From positions 32,001-96,000 of the forward strand of contig CAVSBQ010000002.1 of assembly GCA_963726265.1 (NCBI GenBank): 64,000 nt of DNA, written 5' to 3'. Source of the stretch: Candidatus Aenigmatarchaeota archaeon (GTDB taxonomy: Archaea > Aenigmatarchaeota > Aenigmatarchaeia > QMZP01 > QMZT01). Both the position numbers and the translations under genes were made by a program. The notes below the pieces were generated by a model. That model had not been told where the DNA came from. It worked only from the letters and a program-made list of their open reading frames with translations, and made no database searches. Numbering within the stretch: position 1 is the stretch's first letter; every line of letters begins with the position of its first letter. This document shows, in pieces, positions 28,814 to 46,064 of this stretch.

Positions 28814-28912
28814 TTTTCTGTCGTTCACTGAAGCAAAACCCTAATAAATCTTGAATGCAATAAAATAACTACCGTTTGATTTTTCAAATTCAGAGTTGAG
28901 GTGGGGTGGTTA

Positions 28913-30172
28913 ATGATGGCAGAAAAAGCTGAGAAAGTTGATCCTTTCGAATCCGCTCAGAAGCAGCTCAAGAAGGCGATTGATGTTCTCAAGATGGGCG
29001 ACGACGTTTATGAAGTTCTCAGGAACGTGAGCGAATACCTTGAGGTCTCGATTCCCGTGAGAATGGACAACGGCAAGATGCGCGTTTTCAAGGGCTACCG
29101 CGTGCACCACAACAACATGCGCGGCCCTTACAAAGGAGGGATACGCTTCCATCCCGACGTCAATATCAGCGAGGTCAAGGCGCTCGCGTCGTGGATGACC
29201 TGGAAATGCTCGGTGGTCGGGATTCCCTACGGCGGCGCGAAGGGCGGGGTCGTCTGCAATCCGAAAGAAATGAGCGAGGGCGAGCTCGAGCGGCTTTCGC
29301 GGGGCTACGTCCGCGCGATGGGCGATTTCATCGGGCCCAAGAAGGACATTCCCGCGCCGGACGTCTACACCACGCCCAAGATAATGGCATGGATGATGGA
29401 CGAGTTCTCGAAGAGGAAGGGTTACAACGTGCCCGGCGTCATAACTGGGAAGCCAGTCGACGCCTTCGGTTCGGAAGGTCGCGACGAAGCGACGGGCTAC
29501 GGCCACGCCGTCATCACGAGAGAGCTGCTGAAATACCTCAAGCTCGACCCGAAGAAGATGACCGCCGTGATACAGGGCTACGGGAACCTCGGCCACGTCG
29601 TCGCGGAGCAATACACCAGGATGGGCATAAAGGTCGTCGCCGCGTCCGATTCGAAGGGCGGCGTATACGACCCGAACGGCCTCGTTCCCGCAGACGTGAT
29701 GGCGCAGAAGGACAAGACGGGCAGCGTCGTCGGCCTCAAAGGGGCGAAGGCCATAACCAACGACGAGCTCTTCAGCCTGAAATGCGACATCCTCGCTCCG
29801 TGCGCGCTCGAGAACGTTATAACGAAGGAGAACGCGCCGAAAATACAGGCGAGGTTCGTGATAGAAGGCGCGAACGGTCCGACGACGCCTGAAGCGGACG
29901 AAATACTTTTCAGGAAAGGCATCATGGTCGTGCCGGACATTCTCGCGAACGCCGGCGGCGTGACGGTCTCGTATTTCGAGTGGGTACAGAACAACATGAA
30001 TTATTACTGGTCGAAGGAAGAGGTGAACGAGAGGCTGGACAGACTCATGACAAAGGCCTTCAAGGAAATCGCGGCCATAAGGGACAGGCTGAAGGTCGAC
30101 ATGAGAACCGCCGCGTATATACTTTCCGTGAAGCGCGTCGCGGAAACCATGAAATTGAGGGGAGTGGGGTGA
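28913..30172 (+). CDS. gdhA: Glutamate dehydrogenase
   Basis: GPYKGGIRFHP, MTWKC, GGAKGG, DIPAPDV, QGYGNLG, EGANGPTT and NAGGVTVSYFEWVQN. Confidence 0.97.
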   Translation: MMAEKAEKVDPFESAQKQLKKAIDVLKMGDDVYEVLRNVSEYLEVSIPVRMDNGKMRVFKGYRVHHNNMRGPYKGGIRFHPDVNISEVKALASWMTWKCSVVGIPYGGAKGGVVCNPKEMSEGELERLSRGYVRAMGDFIGPKKDIPAPDVYTTPKIMAWMMDEFSKRKGYNVPGVITGKPVDAFGSEGRDEATGYGHAVITRELLKYLKLDPKKMTAVIQGYGNLGHVVAEQYTRMGIKVVAASDSKGGVYDPNGLVPADVMAQKDKTGSVVGLKGAKAITNDELFSLKCDILAPCALENVITKENAPKIQARFVIEGANGPTTPEADEILFRKGIMVVPDILANAGGVTVSYFEWVQNNMNYYWSKEEVNERLDRLMTKAFKEIAAIRDRLKVDMRTAAYILSVKRVAETMKLRGVG

Positions 30173-30177
30173 CGGTA

Positions 30178-30498
30178 ATGCACGTGACGGAACTGGACGA
30201 CGCGAAACTGAAAGGCTTCCTGGTCAAGAACAGGCTCGCTCTCATCGATTTCTATGCCGACTGGTGCGGCCCGTGCCAGGCGCTCAAGCCGGTGATAGAG
30301 GAGCTCGCCGGCGAGATGAAAGGCAAGGTTGCATTCGCCAAGATGGACGTGGACCAGAACAGGGAGAGCGCAGGCAAATACGGCATCATGTCGATGCCCA
30401 CGCTTCTCGTGTTCAGGGAAGGGAAGCTGGTCGACCGGCTCGTCGGCGCGCTGCCCAAGGATGCGATAAGGCAGAGACTCGTCAAGTTCACCGAATAA
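30178..30498 (+). CDS. trxA: Thioredoxin
   Basis: DFYADWCGPC and cis-Pro SMPTL. Confidence 0.96.
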   Translation: MHVTELDDAKLKGFLVKNRLALIDFYADWCGPCQALKPVIEELAGEMKGKVAFAKMDVDQNRESAGKYGIMSMPTLLVFREGKLVDRLVGALPKDAIRQRLVKFTE

Positions 30499-30570
30499 AA
30501 AGCCCAATTATGCGCCTTTCCTTGCGCCTTTCCACTAGTTTATATAATTGTAAATAAAATAATTAATAAC

Positions 30571-37972
<7,402 letters not shown>

Positions 37973-38027
37973 ATCTTTTCACACCCGAACACCCCGGTAA
38001 TCACGTCTGCCGGTATATGCAAAGCAA

Positions 38028-38459
38028 GTGAAATTTATGGCGATGGTTGGAATTTCGCCCCTGATATCCGTGATAATGCTCATAGCCTTTACTCTCGCCG
38101 TTTCAGGCATCCTATTCGGCTGGATTTCGCAGTTCACCTATGCAGAAAGGGAGGAGTTCCAGACGTGTTCGAAGGCCCAGATAAGCCTGCAGAAGGCCTA
38201 TTACAACCCGGAGACTGGCAACATCAACCTCGTCGTGCAGAACACGGGCAGGGTCGATTTGAAAGGTTTTACCGTCCTCATTTCAACTGACAAGAGCGCG
38301 GAGACCGACAGGAGCTCCCTGGAAAAGGAGATAAAGGAAGGCGGCATAGGGCTTTTGCAGGTCAAACGCAGCGACGCCATCAGGACCATCGTGGTCCAGG
38401 CGGTCGAATGCAAGAATGCGCAGGACATGGTAACGATATACGACGTGGAGGGTTTGTGA
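38028..38459 (+). CDS. Archaeal type IV pilin-like protein
   Basis: Class III signal-like G^ISPLISVIMLIAFTLAVSGILFGW, then VQNTGRVDL and a Cys pair. Confidence 0.85.
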   Translation: MKFMAMVGISPLISVIMLIAFTLAVSGILFGWISQFTYAEREEFQTCSKAQISLQKAYYNPETGNINLVVQNTGRVDLKGFTVLISTDKSAETDRSSLEKEIKEGGIGLLQVKRSDAIRTIVVQAVECKNAQDMVTIYDVEGL

Positions 38460-38460
38460 T

Positions 38461-41400
38461 ATGAAAGCGAGAACGGGTCTTCTGTTTGCGTCATGCATAC
38501 TCATAGTTATAGTTTTGGCGCTGTCCCTTTTTCCGACAAAAGCCGCTGCGGCCTACAGGTGCTCGACATGCCAGGACAGCCCGAGCGTGTTCACGCTAGG
38601 CAAGGTGCAACTGGGGACCAGCAACACGCTATCGCTGAGGGGCTATGACCTCTACGGCATCAAGGAGATATCGATAAAATGCGAAAGGGCGGACGAAACG
38701 CCTCCGACCGTCGGCGTGAGCGCCATGCCTGTGAACGCCCTGAACTGCCCCGCCTTCCTGAAAAAGAATGCCAAGGCATCAATAAGCTGCGCCGACAGCG
38801 GCTCAGGATGCGACATGGAGAGCAAGAGCATAATGCTTTGGACCGAAAATCCGCCGGCAGCATGTCCATCCGACCCGTCCGATTACGATATGTATTTCCC
38901 GGACTCGAGCTACGACATAACCGAGCACACGTATGTCTGCGGCGCGGCCACAGACAACGCGGGCAACCCCGGCTTCTCTCCAAAGCCAATCGAGTTCTGC
39001 GTGGATTCGGAGAACCCGGAAGCCTCCCAGATATGGTATGAAAACCTGGGAGGGACTTCCGTCGACATAGTATGGTTCCAGTACACGCTGAACGCGGACT
39101 TCGACCACTATGAGCTCCATTATTCCCAGCACGCGGATTTCACGCCCGGCCCGGAAACCCTGCTTGCCAAGGTCATGACGCAGAAGACTGCTAACACCTA
39201 CGGCGTGGGCAACCTGGAAAAGGAGACGTTCTATTGTTTCAAGATCATCACCTACGACAAGACCGGCCTTACTTCGTCATCGGGAGAGCTTTGCCTGGAC
39301 ACGCTCCAGTGCAACGCAGGCGAGACGACGCAATGCTTCACTGACGACTACGGCATAACCTCATACGGCGATGACGTCATCACGCAAGGGGTATGCGAGC
39401 CGGGCGAAGCGGAATGTTCCGCGGGCTACTGGGGCTTGTGCGAGAACCAGGTCGGACCGTTCGCCGAGACGTGCAACGGGAAGGACGACGACTGCGACGG
39501 CTACACAGACAACTACTGGACTGGCGAACCCGCGCTGCTTTTCCGCTCCTGCACTGCGCCGGGCATATGCGGCATGGGCTATTACGAATGCGCCGGCGGA
39601 AAATGGGGCGACGAAAAGACCGACTGCAGCAGCCTGAGCTATGCGACAACCGAAGTCTGCAACGGCCTCGACGACGACTGCGACGGGATAAAAGACAACG
39701 TCGATGGAGCCACGTCGGTCGCGGCGACGAAATGCGGCTGCTACGGAGGAAGGCCTGCCACCACGGAGACATGCAACGGCATTGATGATGACTGCAATGA
39801 CTGGAGCACGCCGCACGAAGGGGTAGACGACGTCTATGACCAGCAGACGTGCGCATGCTACAGGGCCGCGCACGCCGCGGGAACGCTGCAGGAAACTTGC
39901 AACATGATTGACGACGACTGCGACGGACTCGTGGACGAGACATGGATAGCGACACTCGGCCATGGCTGGCCGCTTTATTTTGCAGGCTGCGGCGGCGGAA
40001 GCGTCTGCGAAGGCGGGCACTGGGAATGCAACGCCGCTGGGAACGGGACGGTCTGTTCGACCGTCGGCGGCAGCGAAAACGCAGTCGAACAGGAAACGTG
40101 CGACCTCATGGACAACGACTGTGATGGAACGGTGGACGAGGGCTGCGCGTGCTCTGCCGGCGAGTGGAGGAACTGCGGCCTTAACAAGGGGATATGCCAG
40201 CCGGGAACGCAGGAATGCGAAAGCGGCTTCTGGGGCAACTGCAGGAATTATGTCGGCCCACAGCCTGAAACATGCAACTGGCTTGACGATGACTGCGACG
40301 GGATAATCGATAATGTTAACGGCGGGAATTCCACGCAGAACACGCAGTGTGGGTGTTATAACGGAAGCGACCCTGCGGCGGAAACCTGCAACAACATAGA
40401 TGACAACTGCGACGGGATAATGGACAATATTGACGGCGGTAATTCGGTCGCGGCGACGGGCTGCGCCTGCTACGCCAACAGCACGTTCAGAGGCGTCAAA
40501 GGTCAGGAAATCTGCAACGGCCTCGACGACGACTGTGACGGAGCGGTGGACGAGACCTGGCCCGGCATAGGCACGGCATGCGGCACGGGAATATGCTCAG
40601 GCGGCGTCGTGAGCTGCGCCCTGGGCGGCAACGACACCGTGTGCTCGACCATGAGCTCCGCGGGCCTAGGCAACACGAGCGACGTGCGCCAGCCCGAGAT
40701 ATGCAATGGCCTCGACGATGATTGTGACGGGATAGTGGACAATGTTAACGGCGCCGCATCTGTCGGAGAAACGCAGTGCGGCTGCTATAATAATACTTAT
40801 GCAAAGGGAGCGAAGGCGGAGACGTGCAACCACATAGACGACGACTGTGATGGAGCGGTAGACAATAACCTGACATGCCTGTGTTATGAAGGCCAGAGCA
40901 AGCCCTGCGGCTCCAACGTCGGCGAGTGCAGCCTCGGCCGCGCCGCGTGTGATGGCGGCGTGTGGGGCGCGTGCAAGGGCGGCAAGAGCCCGGCAAAGGA
41001 GGTATGCAACAGGGATGACGACGACTGCGACGGGGTGATAAACAACGTCGGCGGCAAATATTCCATAGAGGAAACGCAGTGCGGCTGCTACAACGGCAGG
41101 AAGCCTTCCGTCGAGAAATGCAACGGTATAGATGACGACTGCGACGGCAAGGTGGACGACGACGTCGAATGCAGGTGTGAAACTGGCCAGGAGATGCAGT
41201 GCGGCTCCAACGTCGGCGTATGCTCACCAGGCACCAAGAAATGCATCGGCGGGAAATGGGGCGAATGCACCGGTGGCACGCTGCCTTCTGCGGAAACCTG
41301 TAACGGCGACGACGACGACTGCAACGGGGTCGTCGACGACGTGAACAGAGGAAATTCGATAGGCTCGTCCGCATGCGCGTGCTACAACAGGTTCGCCATG

Positions 41401-43743
41401 CCGGGCACGCAGGAGGAGATATGCAACGGGATTGACGACGATTGCGACGGAGCGATTGACGAAGGCTGCGGCAGCCAGCCGGGCCACTGCCAGAACGGCG
41501 TCATGGACGGGGATGAGAAAGGGATTGACTGCGGCGGCTCGTGCAAACTCTGCTCTGCGCCCGTCAGCGTGAGCACGTGGATGCTCGTTTTCGCGGTGAT
41601 CGCCGGCGTTATAGCCGTGTTCGGCATATTCCTCAGCTCGTTCTGGAAAGGCGAGAAGAAGTCGCTCTTCGAGAGGACGGGCGGTAGGCGCAGGAGCGCT
41701 TTCCTGTTTTCGGCATTCTTGGCCGCCTCGCTGTTCATGGTTGCATTATGCGTTTACCCGCTCACGGCAGAGGCGCAGGGCACGCTGCCCACCTTTGAGA
41801 AAATATGGAGCTGCGCCAACGGCGGCCTTTCGGGCTGCGCGGAGAACTGCGGAGGCACGAAATACGAGAAGAATATCGACCTGAGCTTCAGCGCGCCCGA
41901 GGCGGGCTATTACACCTGCACGATAACCGCAACCGCGAACCTTTTCAATTATGCGAACGGGGTCGAAGAAGTCGCGGAGTACAGCGACGTTTACCTGAAC
42001 GGCGCAAAGGTCGGGACAACCGAGGACGCATGGTGCCCGCCCAGCCCCGAATGCAAGAGCACCGTCCCGGACACGCCATCGACGGGCATTCTTAAAACTC
42101 CCACATATTTCCCCGGAGGCTACGGCCAGAGCGTCAGCAACTTCTGCAAGAAGGGCAGCGCCACCTTCAGCATATGGAGCATCCCTTCGTCCGAGCTGCA
42201 GGATGTATACAACCGTGAGCTCAACAACCAGGAAAGATCGTATAACATTTTCGGCCTGGGCAACAGCCAGAACAGGAATTCCATGATGGCAAGGTTCCAG
42301 TATTACATAACGAACTGGAAAACAAAGGCAGGCAGATACATCGTCTGCCTCGGCGGAGGGACGTGCGCGGCCTGCAATTGCTGCAACTGCTTCGAGAACC
42401 TAGAAGTCCAGGATACATGGTGCGGCGACGCCATAGACAGGCCCAACTGCCGCCTGCTGGTGGACGGAGGCAGCGGCGGCCTATCAGCCGACCCTTACGG
42501 CACTCTCATACGCACGGCGCCTTACACATACAAGGTCACATGGGATTCCGATGCGGGAGCCGTATGCCTGTCCAGGATATCACCGGCCTGCCCCAAAACC
42601 GGATCGCTGAGCGGGCTGTGCAAGCAAAGATGCATTGAAGCAAACGGCATTCCCGCATTCGCCTTCAACAACTACTGCGTGGGCAGCAGATGTTCAACCA
42701 CCTACACCAGCGCCTCAACAGGCACCACCACAGGCAGCATAAGCCTGAATTCCATAACCTGCGATGCCGTGGTAACGGAAGCGCCTGAAAGCTGCCCGGG
42801 CTACAGCTCTTCCTCCGGCTCATCATCAACTTCGCAGCTTGCCTCGCCCGATGAAGCCAGCGGGGATTTCAGCGTCGTGGTCATGCCCGACACGCAGACT
42901 CTCGCCGAGAGCAAGTTCTGCAGCCAGACCTCGTGGATAAAGGACAACAAGAAAGCCCTCAACATAAAGTTCGTGGTCCATCTTGGCGACCTGGTGGAGG
43001 AGCCGTTCTCGGCAGCGCGGTGGCAATGGGCTGACAAATGCATGGACACCCTTGATAACGTTGTCCCTTACCTCGTCATTCCGGGCAACCACGATTACGA
43101 AAACTACTGCAGGGACGAGGTGAAAAGCACAATCATGTATAACCAGTATTTCCCTTATACCAGGTTCCAGGATTACAGCTGGTACGGCGGCCATTACCCT
43201 GCGAACGGCAACCAGAACAGCTACGGCCTTTTCGCCAGCGGCGGCAAGAAGTTCCTGGTCATCGGCCTTGAGCTGTGCCCCAGCGACGCGGTGCTGAGCT
43301 GGGCCGACGGCATAATCAACAAATACCCGGACAGGGAGGTCATACTCTTCACCCACGCCTATCTCAACACGACCAACAAGAGACTTGCCAGCATCGAGGG
43401 CGCCACGGGCATCGCAATAAAATGCTGCGCCGACGGCAGGGGCAACAGCGGAGTGGACATGTGGAACGAGCTGGTGACGAAGCACCCGAACATAATCATT
43501 GTCGCCTCGGGCCACGTCCCCGGTACGGGCAAGAGGACGGATTACGTGAGCAGCGGCTCGGATACGACCAAGCCCATCCACCAGACGCTGCAGGATTACC
43601 AGGACAAGGCGAATGCCATGCTCAGGATTTACACCTTCAGCCCTTCGAATAAAAAAATCACGGTTAAGACGTATTCTCCCTACCAGAAAGTATATGACGC
43701 CGCGTCGTCGAACAGCTTCTCCCTTCCGTGGCCAGGTATCTGA
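38461..43743 (+). CDS. Giant surface protein: signal peptide, FN3-like domain, about 14 CNGxDDDCDG repeats, TM, second signal-like segment, Cys-rich region, calcineurin-like metallophosphoesterase
   Basis: FN3-like DFDHYELHYS...NLEKETFYCFKI; DCGGSC then TM. Phosphoesterase motifs DTQ, HLGDLV, PGNHDY, FTH and SGHV. Confidence 0.85.
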   Translation: MKARTGLLFASCILIVIVLALSLFPTKAAAAYRCSTCQDSPSVFTLGKVQLGTSNTLSLRGYDLYGIKEISIKCERADETPPTVGVSAMPVNALNCPAFLKKNAKASISCADSGSGCDMESKSIMLWTENPPAACPSDPSDYDMYFPDSSYDITEHTYVCGAATDNAGNPGFSPKPIEFCVDSENPEASQIWYENLGGTSVDIVWFQYTLNADFDHYELHYSQHADFTPGPETLLAKVMTQKTANTYGVGNLEKETFYCFKIITYDKTGLTSSSGELCLDTLQCNAGETTQCFTDDYGITSYGDDVITQGVCEPGEAECSAGYWGLCENQVGPFAETCNGKDDDCDGYTDNYWTGEPALLFRSCTAPGICGMGYYECAGGKWGDEKTDCSSLSYATTEVCNGLDDDCDGIKDNVDGATSVAATKCGCYGGRPATTETCNGIDDDCNDWSTPHEGVDDVYDQQTCACYRAAHAAGTLQETCNMIDDDCDGLVDETWIATLGHGWPLYFAGCGGGSVCEGGHWECNAAGNGTVCSTVGGSENAVEQETCDLMDNDCDGTVDEGCACSAGEWRNCGLNKGICQPGTQECESGFWGNCRNYVGPQPETCNWLDDDCDGIIDNVNGGNSTQNTQCGCYNGSDPAAETCNNIDDNCDGIMDNIDGGNSVAATGCACYANSTFRGVKGQEICNGLDDDCDGAVDETWPGIGTACGTGICSGGVVSCALGGNDTVCSTMSSAGLGNTSDVRQPEICNGLDDDCDGIVDNVNGAASVGETQCGCYNNTYAKGAKAETCNHIDDDCDGAVDNNLTCLCYEGQSKPCGSNVGECSLGRAACDGGVWGACKGGKSPAKEVCNRDDDDCDGVINNVGGKYSIEETQCGCYNGRKPSVEKCNGIDDDCDGKVDDDVECRCETGQEMQCGSNVGVCSPGTKKCIGGKWGECTGGTLPSAETCNGDDDDCNGVVDDVNRGNSIGSSACACYNRFAMPGTQEEICNGIDDDCDGAIDEGCGSQPGHCQNGVMDGDEKGIDCGGSCKLCSAPVSVSTWMLVFAVIAGVIAVFGIFLSSFWKGEKKSLFERTGGRRRSAFLFSAFLAASLFMVALCVYPLTAEAQGTLPTFEKIWSCANGGLSGCAENCGGTKYEKNIDLSFSAPEAGYYTCTITATANLFNYANGVEEVAEYSDVYLNGAKVGTTEDAWCPPSPECKSTVPDTPSTGILKTPTYFPGGYGQSVSNFCKKGSATFSIWSIPSSELQDVYNRELNNQERSYNIFGLGNSQNRNSMMARFQYYITNWKTKAGRYIVCLGGGTCAACNCCNCFENLEVQDTWCGDAIDRPNCRLLVDGGSGGLSADPYGTLIRTAPYTYKVTWDSDAGAVCLSRISPACPKTGSLSGLCKQRCIEANGIPAFAFNNYCVGSRCSTTYTSASTGTTTGSISLNSITCDAVVTEAPESCPGYSSSSGSSSTSQLASPDEASGDFSVVVMPDTQTLAESKFCSQTSWIKDNKKALNIKFVVHLGDLVEEPFSAARWQWADKCMDTLDNVVPYLVIPGNHDYENYCRDEVKSTIMYNQYFPYTRFQDYSWYGGHYPANGNQNSYGLFASGGKKFLVIGLELCPSDAVLSWADGIINKYPDREVILFTHAYLNTTNKRLASIEGATGIAIKCCADGRGNSGVDMWNELVTKHPNIIIVASGHVPGTGKRTDYVSSGSDTTKPIHQTLQDYQDKANAMLRIYTFSPSNKKITVKTYSPYQKVYDAASSNSFSLPWPGI

Positions 43744-43787
43744 TTTCGCGGCGTGCTGGCTTGCTGTTAACCTTTTTATTGGAAAGC

Positions 43788-44267
43788 TCACGGGAGCCTG
43801 ATGCCTGAAAGCAGGGAAACGTATTTATCCAGGCGCCTTATCTCCTTCTCGAGCGTTTCAATAGCCTTCAGCACGTCTCCGCCGCTGTCATGGAGCTTCG
43901 CCAGCCTCTCCTTCGAGCTTCCAAGCCCGGCAAGCGAGCCGTCAATCCCCCTCTTGAGCCGCATGAGGAATATCTTCTTCAGCGACTCCAGCAGGTCGCC
44001 GCTCAGCTCTATGTAGAGCCTGCGGTCCTGCGATTTCTTCACTTTCCTCACGATGCCCAGGACCTCTAGAAAGTCCATGCTCAGGGATACCATCGATATC
44101 GAATAGCCGGTCTTCCTGGCGATGTCTTGGAGCGACATCGAGCCCCCGCCGATTATCAGCGAGCCGATTATATTGCCGTGTATGGGCGAGAAGCCTATGG
44201 ATTTCGCCAGCTCGGAAAACGTCTCCAGGATGCCCTTCTCTATCGCGCGTATTTCATCGTCGGCCAT
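43788..44267 (-). CDS. GbsR/MarR-family transcriptional regulator
   Basis: GFSPIHGNIIGSL...MSLQDIARKTGYSISMVSLSMDFLEVLGIVRKV...DRRLYI wHTH followed by a coiled coil. Confidence 0.88.
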   Translation of the reverse strand: MADDEIRAIEKGILETFSELAKSIGFSPIHGNIIGSLIIGGGSMSLQDIARKTGYSISMVSLSMDFLEVLGIVRKVKKSQDRRLYIELSGDLLESLKKIFLMRLKRGIDGSLAGLGSSKERLAKLHDSGGDVLKAIETLEKEIRRLDKYVSLLSGIRLP

Positions 44268-44335
44268 GGCAATCAAGCTCCATGCAAATCAATCCGATTC
44301 CCGCTAATTTTATAAATACAATGGATTAATTATTA

Positions 44336-44365
44336 TTGAACATTTAAAACTTTTTAAAAGTTCAA
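44336..44365. promoter_or_regulatory. 30-bp inverted repeat (putative operator) between the regulator and tes
   Basis: TTGAACATTTAAAA-CT-TTTTAAAAGTTCAA, with arms matching at 13 of 14 positions. Confidence 0.7.
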
Positions 44366-44406
44366 AAAGCTCTCCAAGAAGGGTTTTTGGATGATTGGAT
44401 GATTTC

Positions 44407-46032
44407 ATGACCGAGGAAACGAACAAGGAACAGCAGGAGCCTTTCCGCTCCATGACAACCTCCATATGTCCCGAATGCCTGAAGATAATCCCGGCCGAGG
44501 TGTTCGAGGAGGAAGGGAAGATATGGATAAGGAAGAGATGCGGCGAGCACGGCGAGTTCAGCGACCTCTACTGGGGCTCCGCCGAGATGTTCAGGAAGGC
44601 CGGCAGGTTCGCCTACGACGGCAAGGGCGTCGAGAACCCGAACGTGACCAAGGATTCGCCCGTTTGTCCCAAGGACTGCGGCCTCTGCTCGATACATAAA
44701 TCCCATACCGCGCTCGCGAACCTCGCGGTCACGAACCGCTGCGATCTGTCGTGCTGGTATTGCTTCTATTATGCCAAGAAGGCGGGCTACGTCTACGAGC
44801 CTTCGCTGGAGGAGCTGAGAAGGGCCGTGAAGCTTCTTACAGCCCAGAAGCCCGTCCCGGGCAACGCCATCCAGCTGACCGGAGGGAATCCGGAGCTCAG
44901 GGACGACCTCGTGGACATCATAAAGATGATAAAAAACGAAGGCATCGACCACATCCAGCTCAACATGAACGGCACGCACAGGTTCTGGAAGGACGCTGAA
45001 TGGACGCAGCAGGTCAAGGACGCCGGCATCAACACCATCTACCTCTCATTCGACGGCGTGACGCCGCAGACGAATCCCAAGAACCATTACGAGATCCCTT
45101 ACATGCTCGAAAACGCAAGAAACGCGGGCATAGGCATCGTCCTCGTCCCGACCATAATAAACTCCGTGAACGACCACGAGGCCGGCAGCATACTGAAATT
45201 CGGCTTCAGGAACATGGACGTCGTGCGAGGCGTCAACTTCCAGCCCGTCTCGCTGGTCGGCAGGATGCCCAAAAAAGAACGGGAGAAGCACAGGATAACC
45301 ATCCCGGACCTGATACAAAGGATAGAGGAGCAGACGGGCGGCCAGGTCGCGAAAGAGGACTTCTATCCGGTGCCGGCCATCGGCGCCATAACCGAATTCG
45401 TGGAGTCGCTGGTCAAGAGGCCGCAGTATTCGCTTTCTACGCATTTCGCCTGCGGCATGGCCACCTACGTCTTCGAGAACGAGGGCAAAATGCTGCCCAT
45501 AACGAGGTTCATCGATGTCGAAGGGCTCTTCGAATATCTAAAACAAGAGGCCGAAGAGCTGCGCAAAGGCGCGAGCAAATACATCGTCGGCGCCAAGATG
45601 CTTTTCAAAATCAACTCCTTCATAGACGGCAAGAAGGCGCCAAAAGGGTTTTCGCTGGGCAAGATAATATATGACACGCTGATGAAGCACGACTACAGCT
45701 CGCTGGGCGCTTTCCACCACAAGTCATTGTTCATCGGCATGATGCATTTCATGGACTTGTATAATTATGACATCGAGCGCGTCAAGCGCTGCTGCATCCA
45801 TTATCTCACGCCGGAAGCGGTCATTCCCTTCTGCGCGTTCAACGTCATCCCCGAATGGTATCGCGACAAGGTGCAGAATATCTACGGCATCTCGTTCGAG
45901 GAATGGGAGAGGCGCACGGGCAAGAAGATGAAAGACGACGCCTGCGTCCGCGACATAGAGCAGCTGAAGAACTCCGAGCTTTACAGAAAGACCTACGAGG
46001 GCTTCCTTCCGCCTGAAGCGCCCCAGGCGTGA
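44407..46032 (+). CDS. tes: Tetraether lipid synthase (Tes / GDGT-MAS, MJ0619-like radical SAM)
   Basis: N-terminal CPEC...CGEHG site, CPKDCGLCSIH, TNRCDLSCWYCF radical-SAM motif, RGVNFQPVS, HFACG, MHFMDLYNYDIERVKRCCIHY and IPFCAFN. Confidence 0.88.
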   Translation: MTEETNKEQQEPFRSMTTSICPECLKIIPAEVFEEEGKIWIRKRCGEHGEFSDLYWGSAEMFRKAGRFAYDGKGVENPNVTKDSPVCPKDCGLCSIHKSHTALANLAVTNRCDLSCWYCFYYAKKAGYVYEPSLEELRRAVKLLTAQKPVPGNAIQLTGGNPELRDDLVDIIKMIKNEGIDHIQLNMNGTHRFWKDAEWTQQVKDAGINTIYLSFDGVTPQTNPKNHYEIPYMLENARNAGIGIVLVPTIINSVNDHEAGSILKFGFRNMDVVRGVNFQPVSLVGRMPKKEREKHRITIPDLIQRIEEQTGGQVAKEDFYPVPAIGAITEFVESLVKRPQYSLSTHFACGMATYVFENEGKMLPITRFIDVEGLFEYLKQEAEELRKGASKYIVGAKMLFKINSFIDGKKAPKGFSLGKIIYDTLMKHDYSSLGAFHHKSLFIGMMHFMDLYNYDIERVKRCCIHYLTPEAVIPFCAFNVIPEWYRDKVQNIYGISFEEWERRTGKKMKDDACVRDIEQLKNSELYRKTYEGFLPPEAPQA

Positions 46033-46064
46033 ATATAAATAGCCCCTACAAAATTCTACTTATT

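Noticed and set aside
44407..46032. MoaA or 7,8-dihydro-6-hydroxymethylpterin dimethyltransferase annotation
   Set aside because: The length and Cys motifs match the MJ0619 family, which has been reassigned as tetraether synthase.
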